A DNA stretch of 63,988 bases, the filler included, from Octopus bimaculoides (Eukaryota), in the NCBI RefSeq assembly GCF_001194135.2. It is 6 parts of 6 records of this genome, joined end to end, with 100 filler letters (N's around TTAATTAATTAA, not from the genome) between each part and the next. Parts side by side here need not be neighbours in the genome. Positions count along the whole stretch, not along the records: positions 62,333 to 63,988 come from NC_068997.1; 5 more parts are not named here. One strand, written 5' to 3'. The notes below the pieces were generated by a model. The model did no database searches. It saw only the letters and a list, made by a program, of their open reading frames with translations, and was not told the DNA's origin. A program made the position numbers and the translations under genes. Shown here piece after piece: positions 63,815-63,988 of this stretch. The number at the start of each line of letters is the position of its first letter. Within the stretch, counting starts at the first letter, position 1.

Positions 63815-63988
63815 TTTATATTGAACACTCAATATTTCATATATTCAATAAGACATTCAATACTTCATTTCATTGTACCATCCATCTTTTTTTATATTAT
63901 ATATTATATATTCCATATTCTATATCCCACATAAATTTTACTAGAATATAAATAAAAAACATAAAAAACAGACAGAGTCGGAACTCTT
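63815..63988 (-). repeat. Copy of the arm family found at 73-220, in opposite orientation
   Basis: Reverse complement of the window end (aagagttccgactctgtctg...gtgggatatagaatatggaata...atgaaatgaagtattgaatgtcttattgaatatatgaaatattgag) aligns with 74-210 with small indels. Confidence 0.85.

Noticed and set aside
1-63988. CRISPR arrays, operons, rRNA or prokaryotic defence systems
   Set aside because: None seen. The DNA is intron-rich animal sequence and the repeat-spacer-like patterns are microsatellite composites.

Overview
AT-rich, gap-ridden animal genomic DNA, not prokaryotic. The tRNA-derived SINE families, mariner/Tc1 relics, RLE- and CR1-type LINE relics and dense microsatellites point to an octopod cephalopod draft scaffold (inference). 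Almost every ORF in the supplied track is spurious (microsatellite or N-run read-through). By eye I found two real genes, both as short GT-AG exons on the minus strand. (1) Four consecutive, phase-compatible internal exons of IFT80 (46023-45899, 39388-39215, 37187-37113, 33295-33132) that splice into 179 codons. (2) One isolated 100-bp exon (17672-17573) of a class A neuropeptide GPCR of the NPFF/SIFamide-receptor type (ECL1-TM3, ending at the DR of DRY). I could not find the remaining exons of either gene, so the GPCR exon is either nested in a very large IFT80 intron or the scaffold is a chimera across gaps. The rest is transposon relics, SINEs, TTAA MITEs, foldback elements and simple repeats. 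I see no convincing new biological system. The best leads are the IFT80/GPCR arrangement, an apparent CpG-decay footprint confined to the IFT80 block, several near-perfect hairpins and inverted SINE pairs that could form dsRNA, and an unclassified coding relic at about 12.6-14.6 kb. All alignments were done by eye; no searches were run.
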